Assembly (NCBI GenBank): GCA_041744755.1
Contig: JBGTKC010000087.1
Span: 2,600-66,599, forward strand
Length of the DNA: 64,000 nucleotides
Direction: 5' to 3'
Source of the DNA: Saprospiraceae bacterium
GTDB lineage: Bacteria > Bacteroidota > Bacteroidia > Chitinophagales > Saprospiraceae
A model generated the notes under the pieces. It was not told where the DNA came from, made no database searches, and saw only the letters and a list, made by a program, of their open reading frames with translations. Both the position numbers and the translations under genes were made by a program. Of the stretch, positions 8,857-18,099 are shown piece after piece (within the stretch, counting starts at the first letter, position 1; each line of letters begins with the position of its first letter).

Positions 8857-11800
8857 ATGCAAGGGAAAGGGATCGTGAGGTTTTTCCTCATCCTACTTAC
8901 CGTCATCTGCATCTATCAGTTGTTCTTCTTTGTCCCGGCCAACCGGGTCGAGTCGGACGCCGCAGCTTACGCAGAAACCCAGGTGGGCGCAGACCTTGGC
9001 GAGGTTGCGGCGACGCGGCAGTACAACGACGCCTACCGTTTTTACCTCGACTCCATGTCTGGGGAGAATGTGTGGTCCCTGCTGGGGATCCGGGACTACA
9101 CCTACACCGACGTCAAAGAGCAGCAGATCAAGCTCGGGCTCGACCTGCGCGGAGGGATGTCGGCCGTGATGCAGGTTGACTTGCGCAGCTTCTTAGAGAA
9201 TTTAAGCGGCAGAAACGAGGATCCTGTCTTCGTCGCTGCGCTCGACAAGGCCGACGTCGGCCTCGAGAACGCACAAGAGGACTACATCACGCTCTTCACC
9301 GACGCATTCCTCGCCGGTGCGGGCGACCGCACGCTCGCTTCCATCTTCAGCGACGCCGAGCAAATGAAGGAGCGCGAAATCACCTTCCAGTCCAGCAATG
9401 GCGAGGTAGCCAGGGCCTTGCGCGACCTCGCGGACGAGACCGTGAATACGACATACACGATGCTGCGCCAGCGCATCGACCGCACCGGCGTTATCCAACC
9501 GAACATCACGCTCGACGAGAGCCGCGATTTGATCATCGTGGAGATGCCCGGGGTCGACAACCCGGAGCGGATGCGGGGCGTGCTCACCAAGGCAGCGGCC
9601 CTTGACTTCTACGATGTCTACACCAACGGCGAAAACAGCATTCTGCAAGGTCTACTCGCCGCCAATGAGAGCCTCAAAGGAGGGGACTCGACTGTGGTAA
9701 AAAGCGAAGCCTACACCCTGACCAACGTGTATGAGGTCGACGATCTCGGCAACGTCGACTCCACCAGGATCGCCAGGGTAGACACGACCCGCGAAAGCGA
9801 CATCGCCAGTGCCGGACCTCTCTTCAGCCTCATGCAGCCCGTTGACCCTTCCCAGGGCGTTAGCGCCACCGTGGGCTACGTGGCGAAGGCCAATAAGTCT
9901 GCCCTCAAGGCCATGATCGAGCGGGAGGCCTTCTACAAGTCCTTCGGGAGTGACGTCAAGTTTGCCGTCGGACAGAAGCCCCTACTCGACGCCAACGAAT
10001 CGTCTACCGGGGTTTTCCCAGTTTACGCACTGAGGCTCGAGCCCGACGGCGAGCCGGCGCTCAGCGGCACTGAGATCGCCGAGGCCGACCAGAGCATCGA
10101 TGTCAACAACGGAGGTCAGGTCGAGGTAAACATCACGATGAACCCGGAGGGCGCCCGTAAGTGGGCCGAAATCACGAGCCGCAACGTCGGTAAGCAATTC
10201 GCTATCGTGCTCGACAACGAAGTGATCAGCGCGCCAAATATCAACGAACCCATCACTGGGGGACGCTCCCGCATCTCGGGCGGCTTCACAGTGCAGGAGG
10301 CGCAGGACCTCGCTTCCAATCTCGAGGTTGGTCGCCTTCCCGCTGAAACGCGCATCATTCAGGAGAGCGTCGTCGGACCAACCCTCGGTAAGGAGAATAT
10401 CCGTAGCTCCATGATTGCGCTGGCCTCGGGCTTCGTGCTCGTCATGGTGTTCATGGCGTTGTACTACTCAGGCGCCGGGGTCGTGTCGGTAATCGCCCTG
10501 CTCGCTAACGTATTCTTTATCTTCGGTGCGCTGTCCAGCTTCGGCACCGTCCTCACGCTACCTGGCATAGCCGGCATCGTGCTTACGATAGGTATGGCAG
10601 TGGATGCCAACGTGATCATCTACGAGCGCATCCGTGAGGAGCTGCGGGCCGGCAAGCCGTCGATCGTCGCGATCAAGGACGGGTTCAATCAGTCGCTCTC
10701 CGCAATCATCGACGCCAACGTCACCACCTTGCTCACCGCGCTGGTGCTCAACTATTGGGGTCTCGGTCCGATTAAAGGCTTTGCGGTCGTGCTGATCATC
10801 GGCATTTTCACTTCGCTCTTTACTGCCGTGCTCGTCACCCGGCTCATTTTCGACTGGCGCACCGACTCCGGCAAGGGCATCGGCTTCTCGAACACTTGGT
10901 CCGAGTCGCTGCTGGACAACATCAATATTGACTGGATGGGGAAACGTAAAATCGCTTACGCTATCTCTACCGGGCTAATCGTGATCAGCCTCATCTCCAT
11001 CTTCACACGCGGATTTGACCTCGGCGTGGATTTCAAAGGTGGCCGGAGTTACAATGTGGAATTCGTCAATGCGGACGTCTCGCGTGATGCGTTAGCGGAC
11101 GCTCTCAGCGCCGCTTTCGAGGGCCAGAGCACGGTCGTGAAAAGTGTCGACGGAACCAAGACCTACAACGTCACGACGAGCTATAACATCGACAACAACT
11201 CCACCGAGGCCGATTCGCTCGTACAGCTCGCGCTGTACAATGGCGTCGCCAACGTGCAGCCCGGCATCGATCAAACTGCCTTCGGAACTGCCGATCAGGT
11301 TGGTTCGACCCGGATCGTGAGTTCGGCCAAGGTCGGTCCGACCATCGCCGATGACATTCGAGACTCTTCCTTCAAGGCCGGAATTGTCGCCCTGATCCTG
11401 ATTTTTTTCTACCTCTTCGTGCGCTTCAGTCGCTGGGAGTTTTCGTTGGGGGCAGTCGCGGCCCTCTTCCACGACGTCATCATCGTGCTCGGGATCTTCT
11501 CCCTATTCCAGGGGATTCTGCCTTTCTCGCTCGAGGTCGAACAGGCCTTTATTGCGGCCATCCTTACCGTGATCGGCTATTCGGTCAACGACACGGTGAT
11601 CGTGTTCGACCGGATTAGGGAGTTCATCAACACCTACACCGGTCGCTCGAAGGAAGAGGTGTTCAATATGGCCATCAATACCACGCTCAACCGCACGCTC
11701 ATTACCTCGGCCACGACGCTTATCGTGGTGCTAATCTTGTTCCTAGCCGGTGGCGGATCGATTCGCGGCTTCGCCTTTGCGATCCTCTGCGGCATCACCG

Positions 11801-11916
11801 TAGGTACCTATTCGTCGATCTTCATCGCCTCGGCGCTTGTCAACGACACGATGAAAGATATCAACACCAAGAAGTCAGTTGCCGTAACCACGGAAGAGCC
11901 ACTAGCCGTGGCATAA
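8857..11916 (+). CDS. secDF: Protein translocase subunit SecDF (fused)
   Basis: About 1020 aa with a large periplasmic domain and two 6-TM SecD/SecF-type blocks. The fused form is typical of Bacteroidota. Start taken at ATG 8857 (MQGKGIVRFFLILL). Confidence 0.95.
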   Translation: MQGKGIVRFFLILLTVICIYQLFFFVPANRVESDAAAYAETQVGADLGEVAATRQYNDAYRFYLDSMSGENVWSLLGIRDYTYTDVKEQQIKLGLDLRGGMSAVMQVDLRSFLENLSGRNEDPVFVAALDKADVGLENAQEDYITLFTDAFLAGAGDRTLASIFSDAEQMKEREITFQSSNGEVARALRDLADETVNTTYTMLRQRIDRTGVIQPNITLDESRDLIIVEMPGVDNPERMRGVLTKAAALDFYDVYTNGENSILQGLLAANESLKGGDSTVVKSEAYTLTNVYEVDDLGNVDSTRIARVDTTRESDIASAGPLFSLMQPVDPSQGVSATVGYVAKANKSALKAMIEREAFYKSFGSDVKFAVGQKPLLDANESSTGVFPVYALRLEPDGEPALSGTEIAEADQSIDVNNGGQVEVNITMNPEGARKWAEITSRNVGKQFAIVLDNEVISAPNINEPITGGRSRISGGFTVQEAQDLASNLEVGRLPAETRIIQESVVGPTLGKENIRSSMIALASGFVLVMVFMALYYSGAGVVSVIALLANVFFIFGALSSFGTVLTLPGIAGIVLTIGMAVDANVIIYERIREELRAGKPSIVAIKDGFNQSLSAIIDANVTTLLTALVLNYWGLGPIKGFAVVLIIGIFTSLFTAVLVTRLIFDWRTDSGKGIGFSNTWSESLLDNINIDWMGKRKIAYAISTGLIVISLISIFTRGFDLGVDFKGGRSYNVEFVNADVSRDALADALSAAFEGQSTVVKSVDGTKTYNVTTSYNIDNNSTEADSLVQLALYNGVANVQPGIDQTAFGTADQVGSTRIVSSAKVGPTIADDIRDSSFKAGIVALILIFFYLFVRFSRWEFSLGAVAALFHDVIIVLGIFSLFQGILPFSLEVEQAFIAAILTVIGYSVNDTVIVFDRIREFINTYTGRSKEEVFNMAINTTLNRTLITSATTLIVVLILFLAGGGSIRGFAFAILCGITVGTYSSIFIASALVNDTMKDINTKKSVAVTTEEPLAVA

Positions 11917-11952
11917 TCGCCAAGTGTAGTACCCCTGGGGCATTCGCCAAAA

Positions 11953-11989
11953 CGAAACGGCGGCGAGTCATCGACGCGCCGCCGTTTCG
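11953..11989. terminator. Terminator hairpin between convergent secDF and ggt
   Basis: Perfect 13-bp stem CGAAACGGCGGCG / CGCCGCCGTTTCG with an 11-nt loop, 37 nt after the secDF stop. Confidence 0.6.
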
Positions 11990-12068
11990 GTGTGTGGCTG
12001 TGCTAGACCCGGTAAGAAAAAGATCGTCATTCTTACATTCTACACAGGTGTCATCGGTATAGCACGCC

Positions 12069-13769
12069 TCAATATCCGCTAGCCGAATCATCCGGGCTGC
12101 GAATGTCGCCCACGCCCGTGAGCGTTGCTCCCTGAATCTCGACGGCCTTGATCCGCCCGATGCTCTGAGCCGTGCGGAAGACGTGTCCGCGCTGCTCGAG
12201 TTCGCTGCGGACGCGCGCGCTCAAGGTGTTTGGTTCTATCACTACCTCATCGGGCAACCACTGATGATGCAGCCGGGGCCTGTTCACGGCATCCTCGAGC
12301 GTCATCCCGAGCACTAGATCGTTTAGGATAACTTGAAGAACAGCGGTGATGATGGTCGAGCCTCCTGGACTCCCCAGCACCAGTACGGACTTTCCATCTT
12401 TTTTGACAATCGTTGGCGTCATGCTCGAGAGCATCCGTTTGGCCGGGGCGATCGCGTTGGCCTCACCGCCGACGAGCCCGAACTGATTGGGGACCCCCGG
12501 CTTTGCACTGAAGTCGTCCATCTCGTTGTTGAGGAAGAAGCCTCCGACGCGCGACCACGTTTTGCATCCGAAATTTCCGTTCAGCGTCGTGGTAATAGAG
12601 ACGGCGTTCCCCTGGGCGTCAACGATACTCGTGTGCGTGGTTTCGTACACCTCGCGCTTTTGCGCGGCCAGTGCCAGGCCGCTATCGGTCGCGGAGTCGA
12701 GTCGGAAGGTGGACCACTTCCCGGACAGGTAGCTCGGTGACGTCAGGGAGTCGGTGGGGACGCTCACGAAGTCGGGATCGCCGAGAAATTCGGCGCGGTC
12801 CTCGTAGGCGCGACGCATGGCCTCGATGACGAGGTGGTAGTAGGCCGCAGTATCGGCGGCTATCGTAGCCTTCAGGTCGTACTCTTCCAGGAGGCCGAAC
12901 ATCTGGGCCAGGGCGACCCCCCCGCTGCTCGGAGGGGGCATGCTGTACACCGTGTATCCTTTATAGTCAAACTCAATGGGCTTGCGGAACACCGTCTGGT
13001 AGGCTTCCAGGTCCGCGGTTGTCCACGTGCCACCCCGCTCCCGGACCTCTGCGCTTAGCCTTTCGGCAAAATCGCCACTGTAGAAATAGCTCGGCCCGGC
13101 GCTCGCGATCGAGTCGAGGGTATTGGCCAGCGTGGTTTGAACGAGTAAATCGCCGGGTCGCCAGGGGCTGGCACGGACGAACGGAAACTCGAAGCCGTTT
13201 TGCTCCACAAATTGCTCCCTGTAGGTGTTCAGCCTGGCTGCCTCTTCGGCGCTCACGGGGTAACCCTTGCGGGCCAGCCTGATTGCAGGCTGTAGGAGGC
13301 GAGACCAATCTTTCAGTCGCGAGGCGTAGGTGTAGGCGAGCCACATGCCGTCCACCGTGCCCGGGATCCCGGCGGCTAAGGGACCAGCCAGGCTTTTGCT
13401 CGGGTGCACACTTCCATCCTCGAGCAGATACATGTCCCGCGACGAACTGGCTGGGGCGCGCTCACGGTAGTCCAAAGTCCTCACGGCGTCCTCCGCCGGC
13501 GCATTCACCCAGAAGCCGCCGCCACCCAGATTGCCTGCGCGCGGACACACCACGGCGAGCGCGAATTGACTCGCGATGGCCGCGTCGGCCGCGCTGCCAC
13601 CGACCTTCAGGATATCCCGCCCCACCTGACTCGCGAGGGGATGCTCCGTGACCACCATCCCCTGCTCACCGCGAACGACCTTGGTAGAAGTGTAGGTGGT
13701 TTTGGCGCAAGCTGTAAATAGGAAAGACAGGCACAAAACCGTATAACGGGCTGTATTAATCAAAACCAT
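12069..13769 (-). CDS. ggt: Gamma-glutamyltransferase
   Basis: 566 aa. Autoprocessing/nucleophile region TTHTSIVDAQGNAVSITTTLNGNFG and a GGSTIITAVLQV C-terminal motif. Confidence 0.95.
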   Translation of the reverse strand: MVLINTARYTVLCLSFLFTACAKTTYTSTKVVRGEQGMVVTEHPLASQVGRDILKVGGSAADAAIASQFALAVVCPRAGNLGGGGFWVNAPAEDAVRTLDYRERAPASSSRDMYLLEDGSVHPSKSLAGPLAAGIPGTVDGMWLAYTYASRLKDWSRLLQPAIRLARKGYPVSAEEAARLNTYREQFVEQNGFEFPFVRASPWRPGDLLVQTTLANTLDSIASAGPSYFYSGDFAERLSAEVRERGGTWTTADLEAYQTVFRKPIEFDYKGYTVYSMPPPSSGGVALAQMFGLLEEYDLKATIAADTAAYYHLVIEAMRRAYEDRAEFLGDPDFVSVPTDSLTSPSYLSGKWSTFRLDSATDSGLALAAQKREVYETTHTSIVDAQGNAVSITTTLNGNFGCKTWSRVGGFFLNNEMDDFSAKPGVPNQFGLVGGEANAIAPAKRMLSSMTPTIVKKDGKSVLVLGSPGGSTIITAVLQVILNDLVLGMTLEDAVNRPRLHHQWLPDEVVIEPNTLSARVRSELEQRGHVFRTAQSIGRIKAVEIQGATLTGVGDIRSPDDSASGY

Positions 13770-13824
13770 GATATTACTTTTTCTTGGAGCGCGATTTGAT
13801 CAGATCGTCAGGAAAGGTAAAACT

Positions 13825-14365
13825 ATGCTTCGTCGGTTGCATACCTGCGCGGACGCCATCTCGGCAGTGCCTCTCTACGCGCAAGACCTGTTGCTCAATT
13901 TCGACAAACCCGTCGAGGTCGCCGGGTACGCAAGCGGTGTCGCCGTGGAGTGGAAGGTTAACGACCACTGCCAGGGGAATTATTTCGTAATGCTACGCCA
14001 CAATAATTGATGCGAGCAGGCTGTCGCGAGAATGCAGCCCCACCGTGATTCACCGGCTGGACCCCTACCTCGTAGCGCTACACCAATGCGACGCTGCTCC
14101 ACCCTAAGCTGGCGTTCCGAGCCCGCGTTGTGTTGGTGTATGGCCTCTACGCCGACGGAGACTGGCTGTCCGCCGATCGCGCGAATTGCACCCGGACGCG
14201 GGTCTTGCGAGCTCCGACCGAGAGCGTCTCGCGCGACTCCACATCTTGCTCGACAGCGACGATTCGCACGGCGCGACCATTCGGATCCGAACCCTCCGCG
14301 AAGTCCAGCTAGTTGTCTACGAGCGCGACATTGGTGAAGATGTTAACGTGCCAGAGAACGACTAA
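13825..14365 (+). pseudogene. Possible frameshifted remnant of a small unknown gene
   Basis: Three consecutive GC3-rich, coding-like segments sit in different frames. They are 13825-14010 (ends TGA), about 14076-14224 (RYTNATLLHPKLAFRARVVLVYGLYADGDWLSADRANC...) and 14222-14365 (ERLARLHILLDSDDSHGATIRIRTLREVQLVVYERDIGEDVNVPEND, then TAA). No intact ORF spans them. Confidence 0.35.
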
Positions 14366-14767
14366 TGAAGTCGGCCCACCACGTACACAGCGTCGAAACC
14401 TACGGCTCCAACGCCGTCCTAGAGTCGCATGTCCGCGCCGAGGCTGCTTTTCCAGACGTCGGTCGCGCGCCGCATATCCCACTTTGGTTTGACGGAGCAA
14501 GCGGGCGAATGAGCTGGATGTCGACTTTCAGGGCATATATTTTAAGGAAGTACTCATATAATACAGAATAAATTACCGTTGTGAGAATAGATGTTGTTTC
14601 GAATGTATGGATGTTAATGTGCATACATAGATTCAAACATGTACTAGGTTTGCGTCGCTATAAGAAATTAAGTCTTCGTTCGTCCGTTCGTTAAGATAGC
14701 GTGCGACGCATCTGGAGCGCCGGTGACCCAGCGCCGGCTCATATGTCAAGGGCTTACGCCAGAACCT

Positions 14768-15946
14768 ATGAAGAACGTGAAACTTTGGCTGACGCTGGCC
14801 GTCGCTACATTCGTCGCCTGTCACACGCCATCCCCCGGAGACGTCGGCGTGGACCAGGCGCCCGGCGGTCTCTTCGTAGCAATGACCGGTGATCACGTCC
14901 TGCCCGCGGCTCCAGTCCCTCACGCCGGCATGGAAGTCGCCTACGTGATCGGTGCGGACTCATCGACCGTCTCCGAAGGCCTCGCGGAGCTTGCCGGCAT
15001 CAAGCCCACCCGCGGAGAGCGACTCGTGGCACGCCTCCCGCAACTCTCGCCGAAGCTCCGCAAAGCCCTCGAGGGGCAGCGTCGCCTCCTCCGCCGACAG
15101 TCTGTCGATAAATCTTACACCTATGGTGGACGGCAACTTACCGTAAAAGACTTCGTGAGTGTCATCGACGGACTTCTGGAAGCGGGAGGGGAGGCTTACG
15201 TCCCGACCGCGATCAGCGTTGCAAAGCGGAACGCGGTAACGTTTACGGCTTACTACAGTCCCGATCTCGCGGCCAGTCGCACGAAGACCGAGATTTTCCG
15301 TTACCCAATACTCCGCCTGCCGAGCTCCGACTCGGCACGTGGTGCGACACGGGCGGAACTAAACGCAGGTAGGGTGGTCGATTTCGACGAATATACCCTG
15401 GCCTGGGTCGCCCACCCGCTGGACGTGTATATGCTACAACTCCAGGGCTCGGGATACGTCACCTTCCCCGACGGCGAGCGCGTGTACCTGGCTTTCGCGA
15501 GGAGCAATGGCCGGAAGTTCGAGAGTATCAAGTCAGCACTGGCTAGCTCACACCCAACGGTGGCGCGGAAGAGCGTAAAAGCGATTCGAGCCTGGATGTC
15601 GCAAGACCTCGAGGCGCGGGGAGGGCTAGTGGACCTGTGTGATAACTATGTGTTCTTCCGCGCTCGCGACAGTAGCCCCAAAGGCTCGGCCGGCGTGCCG
15701 CTTATACCAATGGTGAGCGTCGCGGCCGATCCGGATCACTATCCGCCTGGGGCTGTACTGCTCGCAGAAGTCCCCGTGCCGGGCAATCCACGCATCAAAG
15801 AGACGCGTATCTTACTCGTGCAGGATACCGGTGCCGCGATAAAGGGTGTTGCGCGGCTCGACCTCTACACCGGTATAGGGGCAAAAGCACTCGACATAGC
15901 TCGCCTGAGTTCCCACGTCGGCGAGGTCTATGTGTTAGCGCCTTGA
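14768..15946 (+). CDS. mltA: Membrane-bound lytic murein transglycosylase A (lipoprotein)
   Basis: MKNVKLWLTLAVATFVAC lipobox. MltA-specific region LQGSGYVTFPDGERVYL and a 3D-domain end LVQDTGAAIKGVARLDLYTGIG. Confidence 0.85.
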   Translation: MKNVKLWLTLAVATFVACHTPSPGDVGVDQAPGGLFVAMTGDHVLPAAPVPHAGMEVAYVIGADSSTVSEGLAELAGIKPTRGERLVARLPQLSPKLRKALEGQRRLLRRQSVDKSYTYGGRQLTVKDFVSVIDGLLEAGGEAYVPTAISVAKRNAVTFTAYYSPDLAASRTKTEIFRYPILRLPSSDSARGATRAELNAGRVVDFDEYTLAWVAHPLDVYMLQLQGSGYVTFPDGERVYLAFARSNGRKFESIKSALASSHPTVARKSVKAIRAWMSQDLEARGGLVDLCDNYVFFRARDSSPKGSAGVPLIPMVSVAADPDHYPPGAVLLAEVPVPGNPRIKETRILLVQDTGAAIKGVARLDLYTGIGAKALDIARLSSHVGEVYVLAP

Positions 15947-16171
15947 AAACTGTGTTTTTTTCAACGGCCAAGCTGGTACAAGAGAACGAATATACCCGAA
16001 TCAGGGTATAACGCCCACCGTGGTGTCTGGCACCGTGCAAAAGAGTGAAAAACTCACTTGTGATTATTTGACATATGTAGTAAGTTCGCTTTCACAGTAG
16101 ACGTCGTGAACGAGGCCGGGTGTCCAACCTAATGCTCCTCGTCCCCGCCCAGGCGTCCACCATAATACTTT

Positions 16172-16477
16172 ATGGCCCCAGCTTCTACTTCTAGTTCCTT
16201 ACCCTCCATACAGAGTCCAACCGGTGAGGCCAAGACCAGAGATCGCAAGCCCTTCTGGGGTGCCGAACGCTTACTGCTGGTTTGTCTCCTTGGTCTTGGG
16301 CTTATCGGACTCGTGATGACCTACAGCGACCGCGTTACGGACGATGAGCAGACAAGCCGCGTCGAGCAAGACAGCCTAAACCAGGAGGGCAAGCTTCGCG
16401 AGACCCACATGGTGCTCCCGTTGAATCAGCGCCAGTCCAATGAGCAGCATAGCCTCCGCGCGGCGAGTCAACTGTAG
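16172..16477 (+). CDS. Small hypothetical single-TM protein
   Basis: 101-aa ORF with one hydrophobic helix (LLLVCLLGLGLIGLVM). Moderate GC3. No family recognised. Confidence 0.35.
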   Translation: MAPASTSSSLPSIQSPTGEAKTRDRKPFWGAERLLLVCLLGLGLIGLVMTYSDRVTDDEQTSRVEQDSLNQEGKLRETHMVLPLNQRQSNEQHSLRAASQL

Positions 16478-16509
16478 GCCGGGGGACGTTGTTCTGTGCG
16501 GTGCCTCGG

Positions 16510-17166
16510 CTAACCGCCTTGCGTAAAAGCGTACTCCACGAGGTTGGCCCCCATCCTCAAGGCGGACTCTCTGGCCTCGGGCGTGTCATTGTGGACATCC
16601 GCATCCTCCCATCCGTCCCCGAGGTCGGTCTCGAAACTGTAGAAGCAGACGAGGCGACCTCTGTATATGAGCCCGAAGCCCTGTGCGGGCTTCTCATCGT
16701 GCTTGTGGATCTTCGGCAGGCCTCGCGCCATTTGGAAAGTCTGGCGATACACCGGGTGATCGAAGGGCAATTCGACGAAGGTCAGCTCCGGGAAAACCTG
16801 TTTCATCGCCGGCCGAATAAAGGGGTCGAGCCCATAGTTGTCGTCCACGTGTAGGAAGCCTCCGCCGGCTAAGTAATTTCGAAGATTTTCCGCCTCAGCC
16901 GCTGAAAATACGATGTTGCCGTGGCCCGTGAGGTGGGTAAATGCATGGGTGAATAAGGCGGGAGACCCAACATCCACGGTGGCGTATTCCTCGGCGAGGT
17001 CCAGACCTAGCGTGCGGTTGCAAAAGCGCGCGAGGTTCGGGAGAGCCGTTGGATTAGCGTACCAGTCGCCCCCGCCGTTGTATTTAAGGAGAGCGAGCTG
17101 CAGCCTTTGTGCGCTTGCGCTAAAACAAGCCAGAGACACTACCGCTAAAGCAAGGAATCTAGACAT
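16510..17166 (-). CDS. DUF4159 domain protein, secreted
   Basis: MSRFLALAVVSLACFSASAQ signal, then LLKYNGGGDWYANPTALPNL...GGGFLHVDDNYG, characteristic of DUF4159. ATG at 17166. Confidence 0.8.
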   Translation of the reverse strand: MSRFLALAVVSLACFSASAQRLQLALLKYNGGGDWYANPTALPNLARFCNRTLGLDLAEEYATVDVGSPALFTHAFTHLTGHGNIVFSAAEAENLRNYLAGGGFLHVDDNYGLDPFIRPAMKQVFPELTFVELPFDHPVYRQTFQMARGLPKIHKHDEKPAQGFGLIYRGRLVCFYSFETDLGDGWEDADVHNDTPEARESALRMGANLVEYAFTQGG

Positions 17167-17225
17167 AGGGAGACGGTGGCAGTAGTGGAGGGCTGCCCGC
17201 ATATACGTAGCCGCGGACCGCGGAG

Positions 17226-17999
17226 TTAACGTAGTCCCCACGCCGCTAGTGCCGCGACGGCGGCGGTTTCGCTGCGCAATCGTCGTGCGCCGAGGGAGAC
17301 GCCCGCGAAGCCGACCCTCTCGGCCGCCTCGACCTCCTGCACGGTAAAGTCTCCCTCGGGACCGATGAGGAGATGGAGGTGAGGCACGGTGTGCAGGCCG
17401 CTGCCTAAAGGTGCGGGCGCTGCAAGCGGTCCGAAAGCCATGCGCCTTGGCTCCGTGTAGCAGTGTGCTATGACGCGTAACTCCTCGGGGGCTAGCAGTG
17501 GATTCGTCTGTTTTGGCGAAGGTCCCGCGGTCAATTCGCGAATGAGGTCGGCGAACGACACTTCCGCAATCAGTGGCAGGTAGGCACCCCCCGACTGCTT
17601 CATGGCGGCAACGGCCTTAGCCTCCAGGCGTCCGATTTTGTAGCGACTCGGCTGTACGCGGTCCGTGAGGACCAAGTCGATGCGGGTGGCGCCGAGTTCG
17701 ACCGCCTTCTCGACGAGCCACTCGAGCCGCGAACTGTCGTGCAGGAGCCCCACCGAGAGTCTCGTCGTCGCCGGTCTTTCCTCCTGCGCGCGTTCGAGGA
17801 CCTGCGTGACCATACCGGAGCGTTTGAGCCCGATAATCTGCCCCGCGTATCGCCCGCCGCTCCCGTCGACCCACTGGATCCCGTCTCCCTCGCGGAGCCG
17901 CAACACTTTTGTGGCGTGGTTGGTCTCCTCGGGCGAGAACGTGAAGCGCGCGTTATCGCGGTCGGCACTTCCGTAAAACCAGTGATCGGGGAGCTTCAT
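17226..17999 (-). CDS. rsmE: 16S rRNA (uracil1498-N3)-methyltransferase
   Basis: MKLPDHWFY...ETNHATKVLRLREGD (PUA-like N-terminus) and a C-terminal SPOUT knot IGPEGDFT...LGARRLRSETA. ATG at 17999. Confidence 0.9.
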   Translation of the reverse strand: MKLPDHWFYGSADRDNARFTFSPEETNHATKVLRLREGDGIQWVDGSGGRYAGQIIGLKRSGMVTQVLERAQEERPATTRLSVGLLHDSSRLEWLVEKAVELGATRIDLVLTDRVQPSRYKIGRLEAKAVAAMKQSGGAYLPLIAEVSFADLIRELTAGPSPKQTNPLLAPEELRVIAHCYTEPRRMAFGPLAAPAPLGSGLHTVPHLHLLIGPEGDFTVQEVEAAERVGFAGVSLGARRLRSETAAVAALAAWGLR

Positions 18000-18062
18000 G
18001 CGCGGCGAGCGTAGTTGAGGACCAGTAAACCCCGGGCGAAGGTGCAGTAAAACCGTAGTTTC

Positions 18063-18082
18063 GCCGTTTCGTACGAAACGGC
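18063..18082. promoter_or_regulatory. Perfect 20-bp palindrome in the rsmE/rseP divergent region
   Basis: GCCGTTTCGTACGAAACGGC equals its own reverse complement. It lies 18 nt upstream of the rseP ATG and 64 nt upstream of the rsmE ATG. Confidence 0.4.
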
Positions 18083-18099
18083 CCGTCAAGGCCCTCTGC

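Noticed and set aside
8610-8912. Upstream extension of the kbp ORF, and the 8812-8856 extension of secDF.
   Set aside because: Homology to Kbp starts exactly at MGVFSF (ATG 8609). The SecDF signal-anchor starts at ATG 8857. The extensions would overlap each other in the divergent promoter region.
15943-15964. AT-rich hairpin TTGAAAA / TTTTCAA overlapping the mltA stop codon as a terminator.
   Set aside because: It has only 7 A/T-rich base pairs and would be thermodynamically weak. I did not list it as a feature.
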